DNA of 64,000 nt from an uncultured Atribacterota bacterium (GTDB lineage: Bacteria; Atribacterota; Phoenicimicrobiia; Phoenicimicrobiales; Stramentimicrobiaceae). The notes below the pieces were generated by a model. That model had not been told where the DNA came from. It ran no database searches and saw only the letters and a list, made by a program, of their open reading frames with translations. Shown here in pieces: positions 1 through 8,448 of the stretch. Each line of letters begins with the position of its first letter. The first letter of the stretch is position 1. The position numbers and the translations under genes are program-made. Where the stretch lies: contig CAZPII010000001.1 of assembly GCA_964586485.1 (NCBI GenBank), forward strand, positions 2,334 through 66,333, written 5' to 3'.

Positions 1-151
1 TCAAGTTTACATTTATTTATGTTTTTTTCATTCAATTCAAATTACAAATTTAGCGCTTTTTTTGAATGTTTTAGGATTACCCACCTGCCAAGCGCCGAAT
101 ATTTTTTATTTGAACTAGAATGGTTCGACAATTGAGGACATTAACCCATAC

Positions 152-185
152 GCACTATGCACTGGATGCACTGGATGCACTGGAT
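152..185. repeat. 9-bp tandem repeat GCACTGGAT x3 preceded by a degenerate copy (GCACTAT)
   Basis: Read directly: gcactat gcactggat gcactggat gcactggat. It is a relatively GC-rich island in the non-coding leader. Confidence 0.9.
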
Positions 186-235
186 AAACAATATGAAACT
201 AAAACAAATAGATAGTAGTAAAAAGAAAAAAAGAA

Positions 236-335
236 AAAATAAGGTATAAGTGAAATAATTATGAACACGCCTCGTTTTTTGTTATATTGAATATATGTAT
301 TGTTTAAAATAAGGTATAAGTGAAATAATTATGAA
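236..335 (+). repeat. 30-bp direct repeat AAAATAAGGTATAAGTGAAATAATTATGAA (copies 236-265 and 306-335)
   Basis: Exact 30/30 match 70 bp apart. Each copy carries an AAGG SD-like element and an ATG (261 and 331). Confidence 0.9.
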
Positions 336-658
336 AACAAAAGAATTAATTAAAAAAAATAGAAAACATAACCAAGAAAACAGGTGAGATAGATGTCATA
401 ATATTTGACCAATTTGAAGATCCAATGGATATTGTTGATTTAGATATTGGATCTGATGATAGTAATTTGTTTTTAGTATTGGAAATAGAATATAGTAAGG
501 GATTGAGTTTGAAAAAGAATAGAAATAAATGGAAAGTAATTATTATGAATCAAAAGAAATAGTTAGAAAAACTGAGGCAAAGTTAAAAAAATTAAATTCA
601 AAGTCAGTATAAAAATGTAAACAATCAAATAAAAAACGATGGATAGGAAATAGATATA

Positions 659-883
659 ATGATAGGAAGTGTAAATAATGAAGTATATTTTAGTTCAAGA
701 GCAATAAATGAAGGTTTAATATCAGATTTGGTATCTAGTGAAAAAATAAATATTGGTGAAATTTTTATGAGTGGATTAAAGGAAAATATGGAAAAAAATT
801 TAGATAGAATAAATGAAATAGAAAACGAACTAACAAATCAATATCATATAATTGATATTGAATCTGAAAGAAGAGAAGTATGA
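659..883 (+). CDS. hypothetical protein (74 aa)
   Basis: ORF track. ATG preceded by AGGAAA. Same-strand packing with neighbours. No motif recognised. Confidence 0.45.
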   Translation: MIGSVNNEVYFSSRAINEGLISDLVSSEKINIGEIFMSGLKENMEKNLDRINEIENELTNQYHIIDIESERREV

Positions 884-907
884 TTTGAATTATAGGAGTG
901 ATTTTAA

Positions 908-1354
908 GTGGAAAAAGAATTGATTAACAGGTCTGTTAGTTATCAAATTCAAAGCAAAAATACGCTTATTGATAAATATAAAAGGATAGTGATTTTATAT
1001 AAATATGGTGATAACTTAAATTCAATGTATGGTCATTGGATGAGTGAAAAAATTGCAATTAACTTGGCTAATAAATTAGTTAGGATTATAAATTTTGATG
1101 AAGAAAAACTTGGCAAATATTTAAAAAATGAAGCTATTTCAGATGTTGATAATATTTATTATCATATATTTTCAGATTCAATGTTTATTTCAGAAACTAT
1201 TAAATCTACTTTAAAAGTATTTGTAGACTTGAGGCTTAAAATAGTTATGCTTGAAATTACAAATTGTTTTAATTCCAGTTATAAAGGGTTTGGAATAAAT
1301 TTAACCCTATCTTTTGAAGATATTGAATTGTTTATAGATAGAATTATGGAGTAA
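908..1354 (+). CDS. hypothetical protein (148 aa)
   Basis: GTG start about 10 nt after AGGAG (893-897). No motif recognised. Confidence 0.5.
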   Translation: MEKELINRSVSYQIQSKNTLIDKYKRIVILYKYGDNLNSMYGHWMSEKIAINLANKLVRIINFDEEKLGKYLKNEAISDVDNIYYHIFSDSMFISETIKSTLKVFVDLRLKIVMLEITNCFNSSYKGFGINLTLSFEDIELFIDRIME

Positions 1355-1530
1355 AAGTAAAATTATTATCATAATACTTTAAATTATGATAATATTGAAA
1401 TGTTAAAATGTTAAAATAGGTTGATTTATATGCACAGTTATATGAAGAAACTATTAAAAGAGAATATTAGGTATTCATTAATACAGATATTAAAAAATAT
1501 AAAAAACACTACCCTAAAGAATTTGAATCA

Positions 1531-1758
1531 TTGAGTATTCATGAATTGAATAATAGATTTTGCATACCATCTATGCTTATAATTTTATCTGAAAATCCGG
1601 GGCTCCCTAAAAATTTATCAAATAGAGAAGAATTCATAAAACTAACTACGGGTGTACAAAAATTATCAGCGCAATGCGTGTTATTTTTAGAGAGAATGAG
1701 TGATAAACAATATGAAACACAGTTACAAAAAGCATATGAATTAAGTAAGGAGAATTGA
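1531..1758 (+). CDS. hypothetical protein (75 aa)
   Basis: TTG start with weak RBS, so the start is uncertain. Confidence 0.35.
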   Translation: MSIHELNNRFCIPSMLIILSENPGLPKNLSNREEFIKLTTGVQKLSAQCVLFLERMSDKQYETQLQKAYELSKEN

Positions 1759-1763
1759 ATAGA

Positions 1764-2129
1764 ATGAGATTAATAACAGAGGAAGATTTGAAAAAATTTA
1801 GAGAGCAAAAAGATACAAGTCAGAAAGATGCAAAAGAAATAAATGTAATAGTGAAATTATTCAACCCGTATGGGCCTCATACTTGGTATATATATGATAT
1901 TTTTAACGAGTATCATATAAATGAAAAAACAAAAGCTAGTGAAATTGATTTAGTGTGGTGTTTCGCTGATTTAGGTGACGCGTTAAATGCTGAGTGCGGA
2001 TCTGCGAGTGTCAAGGAATTAGAAAAAATCAGAATAAAACCATTCGATGGTAAAATAGAAAGAGATTTATATTGGGAACCTACAAGTTTAGAATCAGTTA
2101 TTAACAAGGTGAAAGCGAGGAATAAATGA
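1764..2129 (+). CDS. DUF2958-like protein
   Basis: ATG 1764 lies 11 nt after AAGGAG (the track start at TTG 1755 is too close to the SD). The pattern VKLFNPYGPHTWYIYD...FADLGD..ECGSASVKELEKI...IERDLYWEP matches my recollection of DUF2958. Confidence 0.5.
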   Translation: MRLITEEDLKKFREQKDTSQKDAKEINVIVKLFNPYGPHTWYIYDIFNEYHINEKTKASEIDLVWCFADLGDALNAECGSASVKELEKIRIKPFDGKIERDLYWEPTSLESVINKVKARNK

Positions 2130-2377
2130 ACGAGAAAGCGTGTTTCAGAAAAGTAATAACCGTAACAGTTAAAAACCCTTCTGATCGCAGGAAAAAACAG
2201 TCAATACCTATGAAAGCTCCGGAGGAAGCTATAGAACTTAAGAAAAATATAATAGAATCTGTATACAAGTTTGTTGAAAAAAACACAGATACACCTGATT
2301 TTGAAAAGTTTATAGGCATACTGGAAGCCGGCGGTGAAATGTCAATTGAGTTTGGCCAAGCTATATTGTGTGAATAA
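2126..2377 (+). CDS. hypothetical protein (83 aa)
   Basis: ATGA start/stop overlap with the upstream gene. Confidence 0.5.
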   Translation: MNEKACFRKVITVTVKNPSDRRKKQSIPMKAPEEAIELKKNIIESVYKFVEKNTDTPDFEKFIGILEAGGEMSIEFGQAILCE

Positions 2378-2438
2378 TAAAAAAACCGGAGTGTAAATTT
2401 TCTATTTTGTTAAAAGATTAAGAATCCGAGGTATCATT

Positions 2439-2642
2439 ATGACACTTAGAAATAGATCTCAGGAAATTGAGAATAAAATTAAAAAAAGAATGAAATTTAT
2501 TCTTAAAAACTTAGAAGAAGGAAGATCAGTTTATATGATTGCACTTGATCTTGATATGTCAGAGTCAAGTTTAAGAAAATATTTAAAAAAAATGGGTGTT
2601 ATTCTTAAAGATATGAGGTATAAAAATAATGGAAATGGATAG
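2439..2642 (+). CDS. small helix-turn-helix protein
   Basis: GAGG RBS. The HTH-like segment RSVYMIALDLDMSESSLRKYLKKMG has a paralogous segment at 3799-3900. Confidence 0.55.
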   Translation: MTLRNRSQEIENKIKKRMKFILKNLEEGRSVYMIALDLDMSESSLRKYLKKMGVILKDMRYKNNGNG

Positions 2643-3006
2643 TGTTAAGTTAATATTAAACGATCAGTTAGAAGAATTAATTGATGGTTTAAAAAAAATA
2701 CAGAGCCAACGAGATTATTTATTGTCGAACACAAATTTTGCTGATGATAGCATTCAACATAGATCGCAAAAAGCAATGATCACTTCAAATAAAGCCAGAA
2801 TTAAAGGATTTATTCGTGATATAGGTATTATTAATGCTCTTATAGATATAATGGATTATGCAGAATTTGAATTAGAAGATAGAAATTTAATTGAGCTCGA
2901 AAATATAAAAGGAAAATTATTCTTAAAGAAAAATATTGACCATAATAAATTTGCTAAAATTCTTTTGAATCATTCTCGTATTGATTTTGACATTGTAAAT
3001 TATTAG
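2629..3006 (+). CDS. hypothetical protein (125 aa)
   Basis: ORF track; overlaps the upstream gene by 14 nt. Confidence 0.5.
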   Translation: MEMDSVKLILNDQLEELIDGLKKIQSQRDYLLSNTNFADDSIQHRSQKAMITSNKARIKGFIRDIGIINALIDIMDYAEFELEDRNLIELENIKGKLFLKKNIDHNKFAKILLNHSRIDFDIVNY

Positions 3007-3019
3007 AAGGAGCAGTGTG

Positions 3020-3457
3020 ATGTTAACAAATTATGATATTATGCGTATTGAGGACATTCTTTTTAAAGCCCAGAAACATTCTAATGTAATAAAAATCAAA
3101 CATAAATTAGAATCAATTCCCGTGCCGCAATTAGCGGAAATATACAATAGATTTTTTATGGGCCAATACCAAACCAGAATCGCCTATCGTGGTGATTTTA
3201 TTTGCAAACATGGGCCAAAAGCTTTTATAATACAGATTTTCCTTGAAGAAGAATCTAATGCGCTCATTGTTTCATCTCAATTTGACAAAAATGATTGTCA
3301 TTATGGTGAAGCAATTAAACTAAACAGCAAATTTAATGAAGATGATGGTGAACTTGATGAGATTTGTTCAGTTATAACAGAATGGTTAAATTTATTGAAT
3401 TTTGATCTAATCAAAGAGCATATAATGATTAAATCAGTTGTAGAAAGCGCATTCTAG
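3020..3457 (+). CDS. hypothetical protein (145 aa)
   Basis: ATG 3020 lies 7 nt after AAGGAG (3007-3012). The track start at GTG 3017 is less likely. Confidence 0.55.
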   Translation: MLTNYDIMRIEDILFKAQKHSNVIKIKHKLESIPVPQLAEIYNRFFMGQYQTRIAYRGDFICKHGPKAFIIQIFLEEESNALIVSSQFDKNDCHYGEAIKLNSKFNEDDGELDEICSVITEWLNLLNFDLIKEHIMIKSVVESAF

Positions 3458-3539
3458 GGAGAAACGGTTTAAATTAAAAAGTATATCATTAAAACACTCA
3501 GATATTTATGTTGATAGAAGCGAATGTATAGGAGTAAAT

Positions 3540-4200
3540 ATGAAAGAAGTTGTAAAAATAGATAAACCTTTGCGTAAAAATTCTAAAATACGTAGAAAGA
3601 ATGGAGAGATATTAGGGGAATTTCAAGATTTTGTAGAATACAACTGCGCATCACCATATGACCATATTAATACTTTACATAATAATCTTCATGATATTGG
3701 TTACACTTTATCATTAAGCGATGAAGAAATTGTCGATGATAGGCTGAAAGAATTATATGAAATAGAAAATTTAATTCAAAAAAATATTGATGTTATAAGA
3801 GAAAATAGAATACGGAATATCGGTATACGATATTGCCTTGGACTTAGGTATTTCAGAAACAAGTTTAAGAAAGTATTCAAGTAAATTAGGTTTAGTTTTA
3901 GAGAAAGAAAACAAAATAAAATTAGAACATAATAAAAATGAAAGTCAAGAAATATTAATAAATTGTACATTTTATAATAATGATGAAGTCAATATGATTT
4001 TTTATTTAATTTCTTATAAAGGAAGATTTTTATACCAAGGTGAAACAGCTAAAAATAAATGTCTTTATGAATTAATAGTGAAAGATGGTATAGGTATAAT
4101 GAAGAAAATATGTGATATAAATCAAGATATATTGAAAGACATTAAAGAGATACAACAAGAAAAAAAAATGATCACCGTGATTAAACAAAAAAACGAATAA
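3540..4200 (+). pseudogene. frameshift-split gene (3540..3884 plus 3799/3838..4200) encoding a paralog of the 2439..2642 HTH protein
   Basis: Frame A ends ...EIENLIQKNIDVIRE. Frame +1 continues EKIEYGISVYDIALDLGISETSLRKYSSKLGLVLEK, which aligns with QEIENKIKK...LEEGRSVYMIALDLDMSESSLRKYLKKMGVILKD. The junction is at the A4 run 3802-3805. Confidence 0.6.
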
Positions 4201-4256
4201 TACTATATATTTTATTATAATATAAAAAAATATGAATTTTAGAAAGGTTGGTAATT

Positions 4257-4658
4257 ATGAAAAAAGACGAATTAATAGAGCATATTAGAAAAAGTTTAGA
4301 AGATATTCTTTCAATGGAAAAAAATATATGTCCTAATTTTGGCATGGATTTTGTTGAATTAAAATTAGATCATAGTAAAACATGTGATTTGGTAAGAAAT
4401 TTTTTAGAAAAATTGCCCATTAATTCATCTAGTGTTAAAATAGAGGTTGATGAAGAAAAATCAGCAACCAGAGAAGCATTAGAGCAAAAAGAAATTCATC
4501 TGAAATTAACAGGTAGTATTTATGATGATAGTTTTTGTAATTTGCTGGCGGATGTTTATGGTTACGATAGAGAAAAATTTAAAGAAGCAGTTAGAAAACC
4601 AGTAGATTATATAGTAACAAATATAGAAATAAAAGATGGAAGAATAGAATTTAAATGA
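4257..4658 (+). CDS. hypothetical protein (133 aa)
   Basis: ATG 4257 lies 9 nt after AAAGG. The track start at TTG 4248 is less likely. Confidence 0.55.
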   Translation: MKKDELIEHIRKSLEDILSMEKNICPNFGMDFVELKLDHSKTCDLVRNFLEKLPINSSSVKIEVDEEKSATREALEQKEIHLKLTGSIYDDSFCNLLADVYGYDREKFKEAVRKPVDYIVTNIEIKDGRIEFK

Positions 4659-4668
4659 AAATAAGATA

Positions 4669-4715
4669 ATTTATTATGATAATACTTATAATTTTGATAT
4701 TATATAAATAATATA
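4669..4715 (+). repeat. 47-bp intergenic element, copy A (identical to 6151-6197)
   Basis: atttattatgataatacttataattttgatattatataaataatata, read in both places. It contains the 11-bp palindrome ATTATGATAAT. Confidence 0.9.
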
Positions 4716-4765
4716 TTTAAATGAAAATTAATTTTACGGAAGGAGCAATAAAAGGTGAATAGAAA

Positions 4766-5155
4766 ATGCAAGAAAAAACTTTAACCGATTATTTTGTTGA
4801 TTATTTAAAACCCATACAACAAGAAGATGCGAAATTTATTATGGATTTGTTTAAGACTAGGATTGAATGCAATCCTGAGTTAAACGAGCATACGAATATA
4901 GGTTATTTTTATGGAACTATGAATCTCAATGGAGAGTTAACTGATGATCCAGATGACATACCCTGCATTAGTGCTCTTGGTTTAATTAATGGGTTTCTTT
5001 GCTATATGCAAAATATGGATAAGAATTTTTTAGAAAAAGATTTTGGAAAATTTGAAAGAATACTTTTAGATTTTGATAAAACTGAAATAGAAAATGGCAA
5101 TTATGCTAATTATCAAATCATGAATACAAGAGATTGGAGGGCACCAAAAAAATGA
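4766..5155 (+). CDS. hypothetical protein (129 aa)
   Basis: ORF track, with a purine-rich RBS upstream. Confidence 0.55.
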   Translation: MQEKTLTDYFVDYLKPIQQEDAKFIMDLFKTRIECNPELNEHTNIGYFYGTMNLNGELTDDPDDIPCISALGLINGFLCYMQNMDKNFLEKDFGKFERILLDFDKTEIENGNYANYQIMNTRDWRAPKK

Positions 5156-5763
5156 AAAATTTTCAATGTTATCAAGATATAATACTTAAAAAAGATTGTA
5201 ATTATTTAATAGATTATTATTTTTTACAACTAAATTCTAAAGTAATAAATCTATTAGAAACCCGTACATCTTATGTTTCTTATAAGTCAAATAAAAGACT
5301 TTTTGAAGAAAAAAGCAATACAAAGTATTTAGATCAGATTTTGTTTGGCTTGGGGGATATATGCCAGTGTATTTTCGTTATTTGCGAAAAGCTAAATATA
5401 AATATTGATGATATTCTTCGTGCCAACACGCCTGTCAATAAGTTTTTACCACCTAAACTTGCTATTGATTCCATAGGATTGTATGAAGAATATTTTAATA
5501 AATATTTCAATTATAATAGGGATGATTACGATATTAATGTTGCTTCAATTTTTGATAGTATTCTTTTTTGCTCTGCTAATATTACTGATTTATTTATTAG
5601 GAATAAATATTATAATCAGACTTTAGATATAAATGATATTAAAATAAATTTTAATATCATTTTGTTTCAAGTTTTTAATATAGCTTTAATATATAAATTT
5701 AACTTAAGACAGGTTTTGAATTATAACGTACAAAGGCTTGATAAAACTGAAATAGAAAATTAG
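5152..5763 (+). CDS. hypothetical protein (203 aa)
   Basis: ATG 5152 forms an ATGA overlap with the upstream stop, with GGAGG 11 nt upstream. Helical-looking sequence; no secure family. Confidence 0.55.
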   Translation: MKNFQCYQDIILKKDCNYLIDYYFLQLNSKVINLLETRTSYVSYKSNKRLFEEKSNTKYLDQILFGLGDICQCIFVICEKLNINIDDILRANTPVNKFLPPKLAIDSIGLYEEYFNKYFNYNRDDYDINVASIFDSILFCSANITDLFIRNKYYNQTLDINDIKINFNIILFQVFNIALIYKFNLRQVLNYNVQRLDKTEIEN

Positions 5764-5775
5764 AAGGAGAAGTAA

Positions 5776-5970
5776 ATGATTTATTTATTAGGGAATATGC
5801 CATTAATTATGGTTGTTTTAATTTGTTTTCCATTAGCTGTTGTGATGACAATATCACTGGTTTATATATGGAGTTTTATGCATCTCGATAGAAATCAAGA
5901 AGAAGACATCAAATTTGTTCTTAGTTGGATAATGTTTATTTCTTGTTGGATTATAATGTTATTAATATAA
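5776..5970 (+). CDS. small membrane protein (two hydrophobic helices)
   Basis: AAGGAG RBS. Hydrophobic stretches LIMVVLICFPLAVVMTISLVYIW and FVLSWIMFISCWIIMLLI. Confidence 0.5.
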   Translation: MIYLLGNMPLIMVVLICFPLAVVMTISLVYIWSFMHLDRNQEEDIKFVLSWIMFISCWIIMLLI

Positions 5971-5988
5971 TATAATAGAGATATTAAT

Positions 5989-6189
5989 ATGTTAAACAAA
6001 TACGCAAATGTAGAAATTATTGAAATTTCTGAAATCCAGATCGCATTATTGAAAATGCGGCTAGAAAATCAGAAATATGTTGATACAAGTGATTTTATAA
6101 TTCCGCCTCATATTTATAATACAAGAAATGTTTGTTATCCTTCTAAGTTTATTTATTATGATAATACTTATAATTTTGATATTATATAA
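5989..6189 (+). CDS. hypothetical protein (66 aa)
   Basis: ORF track. The last 13 codons are encoded by repeat copy B, which lowers confidence. Confidence 0.35.
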   Translation: MLNKYANVEIIEISEIQIALLKMRLENQKYVDTSDFIIPPHIYNTRNVCYPSKFIYYDNTYNFDII

Positions 6190-6197
6190 ATAATATA
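6151..6197 (+). repeat. 47-bp element, copy B (identical to 4669-4715)
   Basis: Exact match read by eye. Confidence 0.9.
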
Positions 6198-6198
6198 A

Positions 6199-6384
6199 TT
6201 GTTTGGTGTTATGATGCAATATAAACAGAAAAGATTAAATGGAAAAATTGTTAGTTATGAGAAATATCTCATGTACTCAATTAATTATCTGGTTTCTGAA
6301 TATATTTTAAAACCAGATAAAAAAATAGAAAATGAAATTGTAAAAAAATGGAATGAATTAAAAAATATACATAAAAATAACTAG
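6199..6384 (+). CDS. hypothetical protein (61 aa)
   Basis: TTG start in the track; in-frame ATGs lie at 6211 and 6214. Confidence 0.4.
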   Translation: MFGVMMQYKQKRLNGKIVSYEKYLMYSINYLVSEYILKPDKKIENEIVKKWNELKNIHKNN

Positions 6385-6396
6385 AAAGAGGTTAAA

Positions 6397-7275
6397 ATGC
6401 CAATTGTCAAAGCTAATTTAGAAAATATTTTAAATAAAATCGGAATAAATTGTCAGCATTTACCCGAACACTTAAAATATGTTTTAATTAATTTGAAATA
6501 CTCTAATGAACCATTAAAATATAGATTTTTTAAATTTTTAAATTCAGTTTGTTATAATTATGATAGAATGATTTTTTTTGAAGATTTTCTATATAATAGA
6601 TATAGTAAATCTCAGTTATTAGAGCGTTATGAAATAACGGAAAAAGAATTTGATGATGAAATAGATTATATTTTAGAAAGAATTAAATGTGTTAACCAAA
6701 ATCCTTATGATATTAATGAATTTAAAGAATTTCCAAGAAAAAATTATAATAAAATTTTAACTTATAAAGAAATAGAATTTTGTTTTAATGAAGATAGTTT
6801 TGATATTAGTTTATTATCTTTAAAAAATTGGCTTAAAGATCTAGGAAAAATGAATAATTTAGATTTACAACCTAATTTTAAAAAGAAAGTACCATGGAAA
6901 AAGAATCAAAAAATATCTTATTTAGAAAACTTATTTAAATACCCTTGTATTAATAATACACTTATATTTAATGCTAAGGACTACAATACTCCAGATACAT
7001 TAATTCAATGTATTGATGGAACGCAAAGAATAAACGCAACATTAGATTTTATTGATGAAAAAATACCTATTTTTGGTTCATATATTTATGAAATATCTGG
7101 TAAATTAAGTATAGGATTTGGTTTTAAAATAAAAATATTAAACTTTAAAACCGAACAAGAAATGTTAGAATGGTACTTAGAAGTTAATGAAAATTTTAAA
7201 AAATTTACAAAGAAAGATTCAGATGAAATTAAGCAGTTAATAAACTTCTTAAAATTAGAAGGGAAAAATTCATGA
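6397..7275 (+). CDS. protein with C-terminal ParB/DUF262-like domain
   Basis: GAGG RBS. The segment KKVPWKKNQKISYLENLF...LIQCIDGTQRINATLDFIDEKIPIFG resembles the (I/V)DGQQR core of DUF262/ParB-like NTPase domains. Confidence 0.4.
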   Translation: MPIVKANLENILNKIGINCQHLPEHLKYVLINLKYSNEPLKYRFFKFLNSVCYNYDRMIFFEDFLYNRYSKSQLLERYEITEKEFDDEIDYILERIKCVNQNPYDINEFKEFPRKNYNKILTYKEIEFCFNEDSFDISLLSLKNWLKDLGKMNNLDLQPNFKKKVPWKKNQKISYLENLFKYPCINNTLIFNAKDYNTPDTLIQCIDGTQRINATLDFIDEKIPIFGSYIYEISGKLSIGFGFKIKILNFKTEQEMLEWYLEVNENFKKFTKKDSDEIKQLINFLKLEGKNS

Positions 7276-7532
7276 ATACTCTACCATACATTATCTTTCA
7301 AAATGAACAGTATAAGATTGAATTAGATAAAATTAAACATATGATGAGTTTTAAAATTATATTTAAAATGTATAAAAAATTCGATGACACTTGGAAAGAA
7401 ATAAAATTAGAAAATTGTAGTGTTTATGATTCTCAATTAATTTTTGGCTTTTTATGTCGAAAAATTTTAAAATTAAAAAATAAAGAAATATTTAAAAATT
7501 TAAATGATAAAATAGAAAGGAATATAAATTGA
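7272..7532 (+). CDS. hypothetical protein (86 aa)
   Basis: ATGA overlap with the upstream gene. Confidence 0.5.
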   Translation: MNTLPYIIFQNEQYKIELDKIKHMMSFKIIFKMYKKFDDTWKEIKLENCSVYDSQLIFGFLCRKILKLKNKEIFKNLNDKIERNIN

Positions 7533-7849
7533 GATTTTCAACTGATTTAGAACATAAAATAGCAGAAAGATTTTCACAACAATTAAGTGCAATTTTTACT
7601 TGCCCTTGTTGCAATAATAAGGATTTTAAAATACCAAATATGGTTTATAATCTTATTCCTATTGAAGATCAGTTAAAATCAAAAATAAGTTTTAATTTAG
7701 ATGAATCAATTAATCCATTTATATTAGTTGTTTGTAAAAAATGCGCTTATACTTCTATTTTTTCATTAATATCTTTAGGATTATTAGAGGAAACAAGATT
7801 AGCTTATACTAAATTATGTAATACGGAGCTTAAAAATAATGGATCATAA
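7529..7849 (+). CDS. zinc-ribbon protein
   Basis: TTG start after AAGGA. Cys pairs CPCC...CKKC. Confidence 0.5.
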   Translation: MRFSTDLEHKIAERFSQQLSAIFTCPCCNNKDFKIPNMVYNLIPIEDQLKSKISFNLDESINPFILVVCKKCAYTSIFSLISLGLLEETRLAYTKLCNTELKNNGS

Positions 7850-8081
7850 TTTATTAAATAGGTTAGAATTTTTAAATTCATTACCTAAATATACCAAAGA
7901 TGACATGATAAAAGGCTTATATTCAAACAATATAAGTTCAGAAAAACTTACAATAGATAAGATTATATTATTAAGAACATATGATAAATATGACAAAATA
8001 ACTAAAGCTGATTATTATGTTATAATTTATTTTTTATTAGAGAACATTTTTAAGCTAAAAAATGTGATAAATCAATTTTAG
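7839..8081 (+). CDS. hypothetical protein (80 aa)
   Basis: ORF track; overlaps the upstream gene by 11 nt. Confidence 0.45.
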   Translation: MDHNLLNRLEFLNSLPKYTKDDMIKGLYSNNISSEKLTIDKIILLRTYDKYDKITKADYYVIIYFLLENIFKLKNVINQF

Positions 8082-8132
8082 AAAGTCTGGTATCAAAACT
8101 TTTAGATTTATATTTTAACTTGAGGTAAATAA

Positions 8133-8438
8133 ATGGATAAAATGGAAAGGCTAGCAAAAGAAGCGTTTGTATTAGTTAAAAACTGCCCGTACTGTTATAA
8201 AAGAGCTAGTAATGAGCTAAAGGAACTTTTACCCAAAGGCTATATTGATGTAATGTATGAGTATTTAAACGCTAATAGAAATAAATTATTTGCAGCTGAC
8301 GAAATAACAAAAAATATTTCTTTAGATTTGTGTTATACTTCTGCCGTTAATAGATTAGATAGGTTATATAAGGAGAATAAAATTGTAAGATTTAGAAAAA
8401 GTGAATTACACGTTTATAAATATGGTATATTTGATTAG
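8133..8438 (+). CDS. hypothetical protein (101 aa)
   Basis: GAGGT RBS. N-terminal CPYC motif. Confidence 0.5.
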   Translation: MDKMERLAKEAFVLVKNCPYCYKRASNELKELLPKGYIDVMYEYLNANRNKLFAADEITKNISLDLCYTSAVNRLDRLYKENKIVRFRKSELHVYKYGIFD

Positions 8439-8448
8439 GGAAAATGGA

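Noticed and set aside
121-140. tRNA-like T-loop string ggttcgacaattgagg
   Set aside because: No flanking complementary T-stem, acceptor stem or anticodon arm could be drawn. No other GGTTCGA/GGTTCAA-type T-loop with stems was seen in the window.
152-335. Possible CRISPR array in the leader repeats
   Set aside because: The repeats are 9 bp in direct tandem with no spacers, plus a single 30-bp duplication. There is no repeat-spacer periodicity and no cas genes.
1913-3970. Minus-strand ORFs 1913..2107, 2101..2319 and 3776..3970 from the track
   Set aside because: They lie entirely inside better-supported + strand genes, have no RBS, and show low-complexity Ser/Phe/Ile-rich translations typical of antisense frames in AT-rich DNA.
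5152-5763. MazG-like / all-alpha NTP-pyrophosphohydrolase assignment
   Set aside because: Only a vague helical pattern (LGDICQCIFVICEKLNINIDDIL) was seen, and the characteristic acidic E..E..E/D metal-binding motifs were not evident.
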